From a virus (Duplodnaviria > Heunggongvirae > Uroviricota > Caudoviricetes), in IMG/VR virus record IMGVR_UViG_2728369188_000008, positions 1 to 41,423 of that record: DNA of 41,423 nt; one strand, given 5' to 3'. Of the stretch, positions 19,386 to 30,155 are shown one piece after another; positions within the stretch are counted from its first letter, which is position 1, and each line of letters opens with the position of its first letter. The notes beneath the pieces are model-generated. The model made no database searches and was not told the origin of the DNA. It was given only the letters and a program-made list of their open reading frames with translations. Position numbers and translations under genes: made by a program.

Positions 19386-19628
19386 ATGGCAGAGATTATT
19401 CCCATGACTGAAGAACAGAAATTCCAGTTAGAGATTTACAAGCTGGTCATGAACCAGAACGCAGCCGCAGAAGAAGCATTTCAGTTCATTGGCACTGACG
19501 AACTGAAGCTTGAGCTATTCAAAATTCACTTCCAGTCAGGCGGCGCTAATTCAGATATCACGATCCGCACATTCGAAGCGGTGCGTAAATCGAAGGAAGC
19601 GTTAGACCTGTTCACCACCGGAGCATAA
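19386..19628 (+). CDS. Hypothetical protein (80 aa)
   Basis: ORF ending 3 nt before the TerS start. Confidence 0.45.
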   Translation: MAEIIPMTEEQKFQLEIYKLVMNQNAAAEEAFQFIGTDELKLELFKIHFQSGGANSDITIRTFEAVRKSKEALDLFTTGA

Positions 19629-19630
19629 AC

Positions 19631-20071
19631 ATGGCGCGCCCAACGAAGTATCAAGAGGCGTATGCCGAACAGGCACGCAAACTGTGCTTGCTGGGCTATA
19701 CAGACGCCGAACTCGCTGACTTCTTTGAAGTTAGCGAGGCAACAATCAACAATTGGAAATTGGAATATCCGGAGTTTTTAGAGTCCATAAAAAAGGGTAA
19801 GGCCGTCGCTGATGCAGAAGTTAGTGATCGTCTTTATCAACGCGCTATGGGCTTCGTGGCTCCAGACATCGATATTCGTGTTATTGAAAACAGAATTGTC
19901 GAAACTCCGCTTGAGAAGTATTACCCGCCTGATACAACCGCCGCCATCTTCTGGCTTAAGAACCGACAGAAGGATAAATGGCGCGACAAGGTTGATCACG
20001 AGCTAACAGGCAAAGACGGCGGCGCAATCCAGATTGAAACATCACCGATGAGCACTCTATTCGGAAAATGA
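19631..20071 (+). CDS. Terminase small subunit
   Basis: 146-aa protein with N-terminal HTH-like segment (LGYTDAELADFFEVSEATINNWK); immediately upstream of and overlapping TerL. Confidence 0.8.
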   Translation: MARPTKYQEAYAEQARKLCLLGYTDAELADFFEVSEATINNWKLEYPEFLESIKKGKAVADAEVSDRLYQRAMGFVAPDIDIRVIENRIVETPLEKYYPPDTTAAIFWLKNRQKDKWRDKVDHELTGKDGGAIQIETSPMSTLFGK

Positions 20072-21483
20072 CCTCGATTAATCCTATCTTTGAACCGTTC
20101 ATTGAGGCGCATCGCTACAAAGTCGCCAAAGGCGGTCGAGGTAGCGGTAAATCATGGGCAATTGCGAGACTGCTTGTTGAAGCGGCGCGTCGGCAGCCGG
20201 TGCGTATTCTCTGCGCTCGCGAACTGCAAAACAGTATCAGCGATTCGGTAATCCGGTTGCTTGAAGATACCATCGAGCGTGAAGGGTATTCGGCTGAGTT
20301 TGAAATTCAGCGTTCCATGATTCGTCATCTCGGAACGAATGCTGAGTTCATGTTCTACGGCATCAAAAACAACCCGACGAAGATTAAATCGCTCGAAGGT
20401 ATTGATATCTGCTGGGTGGAAGAAGCGGAAGCGGTAACGAAGGAATCATGGGATATCCTGATCCCAACCATCCGTAAGCCGTTCTCTGAAATATGGGTGA
20501 GCTTTAACCCGAAGAACATCCTCGACGATACCTATCAGCGATTCGTCGTAAATCCTCCCGATGATATTTGTCTGCTGACGGTGAACTACACCGACAACCC
20601 GCACTTTCCTGAAGTTCTCCGTCTGGAGATGGAAGAGTGTAAACGCAGAAATCCGACACTGTATCGTCACATCTGGCTTGGTGAGCCAGTAAGCGCAAGT
20701 GATATGGCAATCATCAAACGTGAATGGCTTGAAGCCGCAACCGATGCGCACAAGAAACTCGGATGGAAAGCGAAAGGCGCTGTTGTTTCTGCACATGACC
20801 CGTCAGATACAGGGCCAGATGCTAAAGGTTACGCATCGCGCCACGGTTCGGTAGTTAAGCGCATTGCCGAAGGTCTGCTGATGGACATCAACGATGGTGC
20901 TGACTGGGCTACTTCGCTGGCGATTGAAGACGGCGCTGACCACTACCTGTGGGATGGTGATGGTGTTGGTGCCGGGCTACGCAGACAGACAACGGAAGCG
21001 TTCTCCGGCAAGAAAATCACCGCCACGATGTTCAAGGGCAGCGAATCGCCATTCGATGAAGATGCACCGTATCAGGCCGGAGCATGGGCCGATGAAGTCG
21101 TACAGGGCGACAACGTTCGCACTATTGGCGATGTATTCCGCAATAAGCGAGCGCAATTCTATTACGCGCTGGCTGACAGGCTGTATCTGACATATCGGGC
21201 GGTTGTTCATGGTGAGTATGCAGACCCCGACGACATGCTGAGTTTCGACAAAGAAGCGATAGGCGAGAAGATGCTGGAGAAGCTGTTTGCAGAACTGACG
21301 CAGATTCAGCGCAAATTCAATAACAACGGGAAGCTGGAGCTAATGACTAAGGTCGAAATGAAGCAGAAGCTCGGTATTCCATCTCCTAACCTGGCTGATG
21401 CGCTGATGATGTGTATGCATTGCCCGGAGTCGGCTGCGCAACCCGACTATTCCAGTTACTCAATTCCTTGTGGTGTAGGTTGA
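20068..21483 (+). CDS. Terminase large subunit (ATPase/nuclease)
   Basis: Walker A KGGRGSGKS near the N-terminus, Walker B-like DICWVEEAE; 471 aa. Confidence 0.9.
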   Translation: MTSINPIFEPFIEAHRYKVAKGGRGSGKSWAIARLLVEAARRQPVRILCARELQNSISDSVIRLLEDTIEREGYSAEFEIQRSMIRHLGTNAEFMFYGIKNNPTKIKSLEGIDICWVEEAEAVTKESWDILIPTIRKPFSEIWVSFNPKNILDDTYQRFVVNPPDDICLLTVNYTDNPHFPEVLRLEMEECKRRNPTLYRHIWLGEPVSASDMAIIKREWLEAATDAHKKLGWKAKGAVVSAHDPSDTGPDAKGYASRHGSVVKRIAEGLLMDINDGADWATSLAIEDGADHYLWDGDGVGAGLRRQTTEAFSGKKITATMFKGSESPFDEDAPYQAGAWADEVVQGDNVRTIGDVFRNKRAQFYYALADRLYLTYRAVVHGEYADPDDMLSFDKEAIGEKMLEKLFAELTQIQRKFNNNGKLELMTKVEMKQKLGIPSPNLADALMMCMHCPESAAQPDYSSYSIPCGVG

Positions 21484-21484
21484 T

Positions 21485-23683
21485 ATGGCAGAAAAAAAGA
21501 TGGCTGACTGGCATCGCAAGGTGCTGTGCAACTTTGATAATGCCTGGTCAGCAACGCAGGATATGCGTGAGCAGATTATTGAGGCTCAACGTTTCGTCAG
21601 GGTGTCCGGTGCACAGTGGGAAGGCAGCACAAACGCTGGTTACTCATTTGATGAAGGCAGGTTTGAGCATTACCCGCGCTTTGAACTAAATAAGATTGCC
21701 CGTGAATGTGATCGCATCATTGGCGAGTATCGACAGAATCGCATCAGCGTTAAATTCAGGCCGAAGGATGACAAGGCATCGGAAGCGTTAGCCGAAAAGA
21801 TGAACGGCAAATTCCGCGCTGACTATCAGGAAACATCAGGTGGTGAAGCGTGTGATAACGCATTTGATGATGCTGTAACGGGCGGATTCGGTTGTTTCCG
21901 CATGTGTGCCGATTACGAAGATGAAATGGATCCGAGTAACGAGCAGCGCCGCATCAGCCTTCTTCCTGTTTACGACCCAGCGACATGCGTCTTCTTCGAT
22001 CAGGACAGCAAGCAATATGACCGCTCTGATGCTATGTGGGCTATGGAAATGTTCTCCATGACCCCTAAAGCGTTCGAGGCTGAATACCCTGATTCCATCG
22101 CGGCAAGCCTTTCTCGTGATGACACTGGTACTCAATATGACTGGTCAACGCCCGATGCCATCTATGTTGGACGCTACTACGAAGTTCGCATAGAGAAGGT
22201 GAAGCTCACGGCGTGGCGCAACCCTGTTAGCGGAGAAACGGCAATCTATGATGAAGAGCAAATCAAAGATATTGTCGACGAGCTGACCGATGGTGCATTC
22301 GAACTGATTGGCGAGCGAACGGTGAAGAAGCGCCGCGTTTATTGCGGTCTTCTGTCTGGCGCTGAATGGCTGGAAGAACCGAAGCGTATTCCGGGTGAAC
22401 ATATTCCTCTCATCCCGGTATATGGGCGTCGCTCATTTGTTGATAATCAGGAGCGAATCGAAGGCCACGCAGCAAAAGCGATGGATGCACAGCGTCTTGA
22501 GAACCTGATGGTTTCCATGATTGCAGATAACGCTACTCAGGCTGGCGGTGATGGCATTCCTATCGTGGATGTTGATTTCATTCCCGGTCCATTAATGAAT
22601 CACTGGGCAGAGAGGAATAAGAAAAGACCTGCAGTTCTTCCCATGACCAGCAAGAAGGACAAAAACGGAACGGTCATTTCAGAGGCTCAGGTTGCTGGCT
22701 GGACACCTCCGACACAAATGCCTCCAGCTCTTGCCGGGCTATTGCAGTACACCGGAACGGCTATTCAGCAAATTACAGGTGCGTCGCAGCTTGAGAATAT
22801 GCCGAGCAACGTCGCTACCGATACCGTTGATAGCATCTTTAACCGGATGGACACGCAGTCCTATATCTACATGGACAACATGGCTAAATCCATGCGCCGT
22901 GCTGGCGTCGTGTGGCTTTCTATGGCTCGTGAAGTCTATGGCAGCGATACGCCAATGCGCATCGTTAATGAGGATGGCAGCGATGACGTGGCGCTGATGA
23001 CTGGTGAAGTGGTTGACCGTCAGACAGGACAGGTTATCGCGCTTAACGACCTTTCGCAGGGTAACTATGAAGTGACTGTCGATGTCGGTAAGTCGTTCGC
23101 TACTCGCCGTGATGCAACGGTTAAGTCGTTACTTTCCATGCTGGCACTTATCCCACCAGGAACGCCGAAGCACGACCTTGTATCGTCGATGATTCTCGAC
23201 AATATGGACGGCGAAGGGATGGACGACCTTAAAGAATACAACCGCAATCAGTTGCTTCTGTCTGGAGTTATCAAGCCGAGAACACCAGAAGAACAGCAGA
23301 TGGTTGAGCAGGCGAAACAACAACAGGCCAGTCAGCCAGATCCGGCTATGGTTGCAGCGCAAGGTCAGCTTCTTGCTGGTCAGGCTGAATTGCAGAAAGC
23401 GCAGAACGAACAGGCAGCCATTCAGGTTAAAGCATTCCAGGCACAGACTGATGCTCAGGTTGCAGCGGCAAATGTTGTGAAAATACTCGCATCTGCCGAT
23501 AGTCAGCAGAAATCTGATATCCGCGAGGCTCTGAAACTGCTCGGACAGTTCCAGCAACAGCAAGGAGATAATGCCCGTGCTGATGCAGAGCTTGTCCTGA
23601 AAAGTCAGGCACAGGGCCATGCGCAGCGCATGGACATCAGCAGCATCCTGCAAAAATCAACTCAGCAACAACCACAGCAGTAA
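21485..23683 (+). CDS. Portal protein (P22 gp1-like)
   Basis: 732 aa, follows TerL; similar in size and local motifs (DYEDE...) to the P22 portal; Gln-rich C-terminal barrel region. Confidence 0.85.
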   Translation: MAEKKMADWHRKVLCNFDNAWSATQDMREQIIEAQRFVRVSGAQWEGSTNAGYSFDEGRFEHYPRFELNKIARECDRIIGEYRQNRISVKFRPKDDKASEALAEKMNGKFRADYQETSGGEACDNAFDDAVTGGFGCFRMCADYEDEMDPSNEQRRISLLPVYDPATCVFFDQDSKQYDRSDAMWAMEMFSMTPKAFEAEYPDSIAASLSRDDTGTQYDWSTPDAIYVGRYYEVRIEKVKLTAWRNPVSGETAIYDEEQIKDIVDELTDGAFELIGERTVKKRRVYCGLLSGAEWLEEPKRIPGEHIPLIPVYGRRSFVDNQERIEGHAAKAMDAQRLENLMVSMIADNATQAGGDGIPIVDVDFIPGPLMNHWAERNKKRPAVLPMTSKKDKNGTVISEAQVAGWTPPTQMPPALAGLLQYTGTAIQQITGASQLENMPSNVATDTVDSIFNRMDTQSYIYMDNMAKSMRRAGVVWLSMAREVYGSDTPMRIVNEDGSDDVALMTGEVVDRQTGQVIALNDLSQGNYEVTVDVGKSFATRRDATVKSLLSMLALIPPGTPKHDLVSSMILDNMDGEGMDDLKEYNRNQLLLSGVIKPRTPEEQQMVEQAKQQQASQPDPAMVAAQGQLLAGQAELQKAQNEQAAIQVKAFQAQTDAQVAAANVVKILASADSQQKSDIREALKLLGQFQQQQGDNARADAELVLKSQAQGHAQRMDISSILQKSTQQQPQQ

Positions 23684-23773
23684 TTAACCCATAACGTGCA
23701 ATGGCTGTCTTTATGAGGCCTGGCACCCTATTGCCTTCCGATGGGCTGAACATCGAGTAAACAGGGGTAACAA

Positions 23774-24667
23774 ATGGACCAGATGGCAGAAAACACACCA
23801 GAAGTTGAAATCGAAACCGACGCGTCAGAGCAGATTCCTGATGATGTCGAACTGGCTGAAGAAGTCGAAACAGAAGATGGCAGTGAGTCCTCCGGCAATG
23901 ATGCAGAGGAAGCTACTGAAACTGATGACGACGAATCAGAGCAGGAATTCTACTTTGGTGATGAAAAGCTGGATTCGCCAACCAGCGAAGATAGCGCAGA
24001 GCATGGACTGGTAAAACACCTGCGCAAGACGATTAAAGAGAAAGACCGCGAGCTGAAAGAGCTGATGCGTCAGTCTCAGAAACCCGTCGAGCAGCAGCCG
24101 GTAATCACTCAACCACCGCGAATGCCAAAACTGGATGATGAGGACATCGGTTTCGATGAAGAAATCTATCAGCAACGCATGGCTAAGTGGGCAGAGGATA
24201 ACGGAAAGTACCAGCAACAGGAGATGGCTCGCAAGCAGAAGGAGCAGGAGCTTCAGGCTGCTTATCAAGAGCGATTATCCAAATATCAGCAACGTGTTAA
24301 GGCTCTCAAGGTTCCTGGCTATCAGGAAGCAGAACAGGCCGTACTCGAGGAAATCCCCATCGAGACACAAAACGCGATCCTGTTTGAGTCAGAGAAGCCG
24401 GAAATCGTTGTTCTGGCGCTTGGTCGCAACGCTGAACTGCGCAAGCAACTGGCAGAAGCTACCAACCCCGTAGCAATTGGTCGTCTGCTGGAACGTATCG
24501 AATCTAAGGCCAGAATCATGCCAAAAGCAAAAACCACGGCAGCCACAACCCCGACAGTTAAGGGGAGCAACGGCGCAGTAATCAACAACCTCGACAAATT
24601 GAAAGCCAAGGCGCTGGAAACTGGTGACTGGACGCCGTATTTCGCCGCTAAAAAGGCAAAAAAATAA
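23774..24667 (+). CDS. Scaffolding protein (P22 gp8-like)
   Basis: 297-aa highly acidic N-terminus, helical, basic C-terminal tail; between portal and coat. Confidence 0.8.
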   Translation: MDQMAENTPEVEIETDASEQIPDDVELAEEVETEDGSESSGNDAEEATETDDDESEQEFYFGDEKLDSPTSEDSAEHGLVKHLRKTIKEKDRELKELMRQSQKPVEQQPVITQPPRMPKLDDEDIGFDEEIYQQRMAKWAEDNGKYQQQEMARKQKEQELQAAYQERLSKYQQRVKALKVPGYQEAEQAVLEEIPIETQNAILFESEKPEIVVLALGRNAELRKQLAEATNPVAIGRLLERIESKARIMPKAKTTAATTPTVKGSNGAVINNLDKLKAKALETGDWTPYFAAKKAKK

Positions 24668-24685
24668 CCTATCGGAGCATTAAGC

Positions 24686-25939
24686 ATGGCTAACCAATTA
24701 GCAAAAGACCTTGAAATCATGTTCGAAAACTACGTTGAAGGCTTTGAGGCCGCCTGCGTAGTTTCCCGTAACGCTAAAAAATTCCGTCCCGGTGATACAG
24801 CAATGCAGCGAGCAGGTGATGTTCTGTATCGTCCGCAGCATTACCACATGAACATTGAGGAAGGCCTAGATCTCAGCGGCAAAACGCCAACAGCACTGGT
24901 TCAGCGCCTTGTTCCTTCTGTGTTCAAGGAGCCGAAAAACATTCTGTACACTCTGGATGCGCGTGAAATGCGTGACCCGGAACATAAAACTGAAGCTGGT
25001 CGCGCCGCAGGTATGCGCCTTGCTGCACAGATTGACTCTGACCTGATTTCCATGGTCACGCAGCGTGCTACTAACGTGATCACAATGGCTGACTCAACCA
25101 CTGGTTCACAGGGCCGTGATTTGTGGAACTGTGCGGCAGGTATTGATGCCACCATGACGGCGATTGGTGTACCTCAGGGTATCAACCGTCGCTCTTTCTG
25201 GAACCCCTTCAACTACAAAGACCTTGCTGGCGAGCTTGGTCACCGTGCCTATGCTCAGGGCGCAACCCTGACAGCATACGAAAAAGCGCAAATCCCTCCG
25301 GTTGCGTCCTTCGATAGCTACAAGACCGATATTTCTGGTCGTGTTCCGAAGGGTACAGCAACTTCCATTACGCTGGCAGCAGCACCTGCGCACAAGGTTG
25401 AAGCGAAAGATGCTAACGATATGCCAGTGGATAACCGACAGGGGACCATTACGGTATCTGCTGAAGGTTTGCAGGTTGGCGATGCGTTTACCATCGCAGG
25501 GGTGAATTCCGTACACCAGATCACCAAAGATACCACCGGGCAGCCGCAGGTATTCCGCGTTCTGGCAGTAAGCGGAACGACAGTAACTATCTCCCCGAAA
25601 ATTCTGCCGCCTGACAACGCGGATGTCGCCAGCCGACCATATGCAAACGTTGATGCTAACGCGGCAAGTAGCGCAGCAATCACCATTCTCAACAAGAATG
25701 CCGCACCGGCTAACCTGTTCTGGGCTGATGGTTCTGTTGAACTGATGTACGGCAAACTGGCGTTCCCGACTGGTCAGGGTCCACAGGTAATGACAGCAAC
25801 CACCGAGCAGGGCGCTACGCTGATCATGTCTTATGCCTTCGACCACATCAAAGGCGTAACCACTGCTCGTTTCACCACTCTGTACGGTTGCTCTGTACTT
25901 GTTCCTGAATATACGGGCATCGTTATTGCCGGGCAGTAA
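24686..25939 (+). CDS. Major capsid (coat) protein (P22 gp5-like)
   Basis: 417-aa protein directly after scaffold; strong terminator follows. Confidence 0.85.
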   Translation: MANQLAKDLEIMFENYVEGFEAACVVSRNAKKFRPGDTAMQRAGDVLYRPQHYHMNIEEGLDLSGKTPTALVQRLVPSVFKEPKNILYTLDAREMRDPEHKTEAGRAAGMRLAAQIDSDLISMVTQRATNVITMADSTTGSQGRDLWNCAAGIDATMTAIGVPQGINRRSFWNPFNYKDLAGELGHRAYAQGATLTAYEKAQIPPVASFDSYKTDISGRVPKGTATSITLAAAPAHKVEAKDANDMPVDNRQGTITVSAEGLQVGDAFTIAGVNSVHQITKDTTGQPQVFRVLAVSGTTVTISPKILPPDNADVASRPYANVDANAASSAAITILNKNAAPANLFWADGSVELMYGKLAFPTGQGPQVMTATTEQGATLIMSYAFDHIKGVTTARFTTLYGCSVLVPEYTGIVIAGQ

Positions 25940-25946
25940 TTTTGGT

Positions 25947-25969
25947 GGGGCTTCGGCCCCATTTTTATT
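25947..25969 (+). terminator. Intrinsic terminator after the coat gene
   Basis: GGGGCTTCGGCCCC hairpin followed by ATTTTTATT. Confidence 0.8.
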
Positions 25970-25980
25970 GGGAGAAGACA

Positions 25981-26169
25981 ATGGCACGAACAATGCTCTA
26001 TAAGCCGGGCAACATGATCACCTGTGGTCAGTTTGCTGTCGATTACATCATTGTTGATGACGAAGAAGTTAAATCTCACCTGAAAAAAGGCTGGGTAAAA
26101 ACTCCTGAAGAAACCGCAACGAAGCATAAAGTGGCTAAGGCGGAAGAAGATGGCGAAAACGAAGGGTGA
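25981..26169 (+). CDS. Hypothetical small protein (62 aa)
   Basis: ATG with GGAGAAG RBS after the coat terminator; start is the internal Met of track ORF 25942-26169. Confidence 0.45.
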   Translation: MARTMLYKPGNMITCGQFAVDYIIVDDEEVKSHLKKGWVKTPEETATKHKVAKAEEDGENEG

Positions 26170-26611
26170 TCTCGTTCTTAAGGCTTTACGAAAAGCCGGG
26201 CTGTATTCCAATGCCACGTTGACAGATGCTGACCCTCAGGCAATTGAAGATGCCATTAATGACCTCGAAGACATGATGGCAGCATGGCAGGCGAAAGGTA
26301 TCGAGCTTGGGTATCAGTTTGCTGATACAGAAAACGGCATCATGCCGTTACCTGACGATGATTCAGGTATCCCTGCATGGGCAAATGATGGCGTCGCTTT
26401 GAAACTCGCTGTGCAAGTGTGCATGGATAACGTCATTCAGCCGTCGGATGCTCTCCTGACCGCTGCTGACAGCGCATATCAGACAATTTGCATCGCTTTA
26501 ACCAAAATACCACCACTTGAGCGGCGAAATGACATGCCTCGCGGTAGTGGTAACAAAAGCGCGTTTACGTGGAATCGGTTTTACATCGAGAAAGATGATC
26601 CGAGTACGTGA
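26150..26611 (+). CDS. Head completion / tail adaptor protein (P22 gp4-like)
   Basis: 153 aa; position and size match P22 gene 4. Confidence 0.6.
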   Translation: MAKTKGDLVLKALRKAGLYSNATLTDADPQAIEDAINDLEDMMAAWQAKGIELGYQFADTENGIMPLPDDDSGIPAWANDGVALKLAVQVCMDNVIQPSDALLTAADSAYQTICIALTKIPPLERRNDMPRGSGNKSAFTWNRFYIEKDDPST

Positions 26612-26620
26612 GGTGAATAA

Positions 26621-28039
26621 ATGCCGATTCAGCAACTTCCGCTTATGAAAGGTGTCGGCAAAGACTTTCGAAACGCCGACTACATCGACTATCTGCCAGT
26701 GAATATGCTGGCTACACCCAAAGAAATACTCAACAGCAGCGGATATCTTCGCTCATTCCCGGGCATTGCCAAACGTTCTGATGTGAATGGTGTATCGCGC
26801 GGTGTCGAGTACAACATGGCGCAGAATGCTGTTTATCGCGTTTGCGGTGGCAAGTTGTATAAGGGCGAAAGCGAGGTCGGTGATGTTGCCGGAAGTGGTC
26901 GCGTATCAATGGCGCATGGTCGAACATCTCAGGCGGTAGGCGTTAATGGTCAACTGGTCGAGTATCGCTATGATGGCACGGTTAAAACAGTCTCAAACTG
27001 GCCTACAGACAGCGGATTCACTCAGTATGAGTTAGGTTCGGTTCGCGACATTACGCGTTTACGTGGGCGTTATGCGTGGTCAAAAGACGGTACTGATTCA
27101 TGGTTCATAACTGACCTTGAAGACGAATCTCATCCTGACCGTTACAGCGCACAATATCGTGCCGAGTCTCAGCCTGACGGAATCATCGGCATCGGAACAT
27201 GGCGAGACTTCATCGTCTGCTTTGGTTCATCGACGATTGAATATTTCTCCCTGACTGGTGCAACCACCGTTGGTGCTGCTTTGTATGTCGCACAGCCATC
27301 ACTGATGGTGCAGAAAGGCATTGCCGGAACTTACTGCAAAACGCCGTTTGCTGATTCCTATGCGTTTATCAGCAATCCGGCAACAGGTGCGCCGTCTGTG
27401 TACATCATCGGTTCCGGTCAGGTATCACCAATCGCCAGCGCGAGTATTGAGAAAATCCTCCGCTCCTACACTGCTGATGAACTGGCTGATGGCGTAATGG
27501 AGTCTCTGCGATTTGATGCGCATGAGTTGCTGATTATCCACCTTCCGCGCCATGTTCTCGTGTACGACGCATCTTCAAGCGCCAATGGTCCGCAATGGTG
27601 TGTGCTGAAAACAGGCCTGTATGACGATGTGTACCGCGCTATCGACTTCATTTACGAAGGCAATCAGATAACGTGCGGCGATAAGCTGGATTCCGTGACC
27701 GGGAAATTGCAGTTCGATATCAGCAGCCAGTACGACAAGCAACAGGAACACCTGCTGTTTACTCCACTGTTCAAAGCGGATAACGCCAGAGTGTTCGACC
27801 TTGAGGTTGAATCGTCAACTGGCGTTGCGCAGTACGCCGACCGCCTGTTCCTCTCTGCAACCACTGACGGCATAAATTATGGTCGTGAACAGATGATTGA
27901 GCAGAATGAACCGTTCGTTTACGACAAACGCGTTTTGTGGAAGCGAGTTGGGCGCATCAGGAAAAATGTCGGCTTCAAATTGCGCGTTATCACTAAGTCA
28001 CCTGTCACTCTGTCAGGCTGCCAGATAAGGATCGAGTAA
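26621..28039 (+). CDS. Head completion / tail hub protein (P22 gp10-like)
   Basis: 472 aa; position and size match P22 gene 10. Confidence 0.65.
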   Translation: MPIQQLPLMKGVGKDFRNADYIDYLPVNMLATPKEILNSSGYLRSFPGIAKRSDVNGVSRGVEYNMAQNAVYRVCGGKLYKGESEVGDVAGSGRVSMAHGRTSQAVGVNGQLVEYRYDGTVKTVSNWPTDSGFTQYELGSVRDITRLRGRYAWSKDGTDSWFITDLEDESHPDRYSAQYRAESQPDGIIGIGTWRDFIVCFGSSTIEYFSLTGATTVGAALYVAQPSLMVQKGIAGTYCKTPFADSYAFISNPATGAPSVYIIGSGQVSPIASASIEKILRSYTADELADGVMESLRFDAHELLIIHLPRHVLVYDASSSANGPQWCVLKTGLYDDVYRAIDFIYEGNQITCGDKLDSVTGKLQFDISSQYDKQQEHLLFTPLFKADNARVFDLEVESSTGVAQYADRLFLSATTDGINYGREQMIEQNEPFVYDKRVLWKRVGRIRKNVGFKLRVITKSPVTLSGCQIRIE

Positions 28040-28992
28040 TGGCTGATTCGAATCTCAATGAGCCGGTAATCATTCAGGCTACACGACTCGACACATCAGT
28101 CCTTCCACGCAATATCTTCTCGCAGTCATATCTGCTGTACGTTATCGCACAGGGTACTGATGTTGGTAACGTGGCTAACAAGGCCAACGAAGCAGGGAAG
28201 GGAGCTTATGATGCACAGGTGAAGAATGATGAGCAGGATGTCACCCTTGCAGACCATGAATCCAGAATTGCTGCTGCTGAAGCAACTCTCGTCAATCATG
28301 AACATAGAATTGCAGCAGCGGAAAGCACTCTTGCAGATCATGAAACAAGGATTACGGCTGCTGAAACAGAGCTGGCTGATCACGAGACGCGAATTGCTGC
28401 CAATGAATCTGAGTTAGCAGATCATGATGCGCGCATAACTCAGAATACAACCGATATCGACGCACTTGATACCAGGCTCACAGCGGCAGAGGGAAGTATT
28501 TCGACGCTACAAAGCACAGTTGGTGATCACTCAACAAGAATATCTGCGCTTGAGTATGCCACCACGCGCAAGAAATCAGAGGTTGTTTACTCAGGGGTAT
28601 CGGTAACAATTCCGACAGCGCCTACCAACCTTGTTAGCCTGCTGAAAACGCTCACGCCGTCATCCGGCACGTTGGCACCATTCTTCGACACCGTTAACAA
28701 CAAGATGGTTGTGTTCAACGAGAACAAAACCTTGTTCTTCAAGCTGTCGATCGTCGGGACGTGGCCCAGCGGAACAGCCAACAGGTCAATGCAGCTAACC
28801 TTTTCCGGCTCTGTTCCTGACACACTGGTAAGCAGCCGCAACTCGGCGACAACGACCGATAACATCCTGTTAGCTACGTTCTTCAGCGTGGATAAAGACG
28901 GCTTTCTTGCCACAAATGGCAGTACGTTAACTATTCAGTCTAATGGTGCGGCGTTTACTGCCACAACCATCAAAATCATTGCGGAGCAGTAA
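28039..28992 (+). CDS. Tail needle protein (P22 gp26 / Sf6-type with C-terminal knob)
   Basis: Conserved-looking N-terminal tip, long [10 protein letters not shown] heptad repeat coiled coil, beta-rich C-terminal domain. Confidence 0.75.
   Translation: MADSNLNEPVIIQATRLDTSVLPRNIFSQSYLLYVIAQGTDVGNVANKANEAGKGAYDAQVKNDEQDVTLADHESRIAAAEATLVNHEHRIAAAESTLADHETRITAAETELADHETRIAANESELADHDARITQNTTDIDALDTRLTAAEGSISTLQSTVGDHSTRISALEYATTRKKSEVVYSGVSVTIPTAPTNLVSLLKTLTPSSGTLAPFFDTVNNKMVVFNENKTLFFKLSIVGTWPSGTANRSMQLTFSGSVPDTLVSSRNSATTTDNILLATFFSVDKDGFLATNGSTLTIQSNGAAFTATTIKIIAEQ
28240..28560 (+). repeat. Intragenic near-tandem repeats encoding the needle coiled coil
   Basis: Repeated units such as gcagatcatgaaacaaggattacggctgctgaa / gctgatcacgagacgcgaattgctgccaatgaa encoding ADHETRI(A/T)AAE. 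Confidence 0.6.
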
Positions 28993-29447
28993 TGATTCAG
29001 TTCAAACCAACGCGAAACATCGACCTGATCGAAGCAGTAGGAAATCACCCTGACATTATCGCTGGTAGCAACAACGGTGATGGATACGACTACAAACCTG
29101 AATGCCGTTACTTTGAGGTGAACGTGCACGGGCAGTTCGGCGGCATTGTTTACTATCAGGAGATTCAGCCGCTGACATTCGATTGCCACGCCATGTACCT
29201 GCCAGAGGTTCGCGGATTCAGCAAGGAAATCGGTCTGGCGTTCTGGCGATACATTCTGACTAACACCACCGTTCAGTGCGTAACATCGTTCGCTGCACGC
29301 AAATTCCGCCACGGTCAGATGTACTGCGCAATGATTGGCCTTAAGCGTGTAGGAACCATCAAGAAATACTTCAAAGGCGTGGATGACGTGACGTTTTACA
29401 GCGTCACGCGCGAAGAACTAATCGACTTCCTGAATCACGGGAGATAG
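28992..29447 (+). CDS. P22 gp14-like protein
   Basis: 151 aa; assigned by position after the needle gene. Confidence 0.55.
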   Translation: MIQFKPTRNIDLIEAVGNHPDIIAGSNNGDGYDYKPECRYFEVNVHGQFGGIVYYQEIQPLTFDCHAMYLPEVRGFSKEIGLAFWRYILTNTTVQCVTSFAARKFRHGQMYCAMIGLKRVGTIKKYFKGVDDVTFYSVTREELIDFLNHGR

Positions 29448-29449
29448 CC

Positions 29450-30145
29450 ATGTTATATGCATTTAAGCTGGGCAGAAAACTGCGCGGCGAGGAACCTTAT
29501 TGCCCTGAAAAAGGCGGGAAAGGTGGTAGCTCTGATAAAAGCGCAAAGTATGCAGCAGAAGCTCAGAAGTATGCCGCAGACCGGCAAAATCAGCAGTTCA
29601 ACACCATCATGAACAACCTGAAGCCGTTTACTCCTCTGGCTGATAAGTATGTCGGCAGCCTCGAGAACTTATCGTCTCTGGAAGGGCAAGGTCAGGCACT
29701 TAACCAGTATTACAACTCTCAGCAGTACAAAGATCTTGCTGGTCAGGCTCGCTATCAGAGTCTGGCGGCAGCGGAAGCAACAGGTGGATTGGGTTCCACT
29801 GCAACCGGTAATCAGTTAGCAACAATCGCACCAACGCTTGGTCAGCAATGGCTATCTGGTCAGATGAACAACTACCAGAATCTGGCAAATATTGGTCTTG
29901 GTGCGCTGCAAGGTCAGGCAAACGCCGGGCAGACATATGCCAACAACATGAGTCAGATTTCGCAGCAAAGTGCGGCTCTTGCAGCGGCAAATGCCAACAG
30001 ACCATCAGCAATGCAATCTGCTATTGGCGGAGGTGCGTCTGGTGCTATTGCTGGGGCTGGACTTGCGAAATTAATTGGTTCATCAACTCCGTGGGGGGCT
30101 GGTATCGGTGCTGGTATCGGTCTGCTTGGTTCACTGCTTTATTAA
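29450..30145 (+). CDS. Ejection protein (P22 gp7-like)
   Basis: 231 aa; Gln/Ala/Gly-rich low-complexity C-terminus; position in the ejection-protein series. Confidence 0.6.
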   Translation: MLYAFKLGRKLRGEEPYCPEKGGKGGSSDKSAKYAAEAQKYAADRQNQQFNTIMNNLKPFTPLADKYVGSLENLSSLEGQGQALNQYYNSQQYKDLAGQARYQSLAAAEATGGLGSTATGNQLATIAPTLGQQWLSGQMNNYQNLANIGLGALQGQANAGQTYANNMSQISQQSAALAAANANRPSAMQSAIGGGASGAIAGAGLAKLIGSSTPWGAGIGAGIGLLGSLLY

Positions 30146-30155
30146 GGGGTAATCA

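Noticed and set aside
23129-23653. 174-aa minus-strand ORF inside the portal gene
   Set aside because: Antisense to the Gln-rich portal C-terminus; Leu/Cys-rich product looks like an artefact of the repetitive codon usage.
25106-25993. 295-aa minus-strand ORF antisense to the coat gene
   Set aside because: Lies entirely opposite the well-supported coat CDS; Cys/Arg-rich composition typical of antisense read-through; no RBS or module context.
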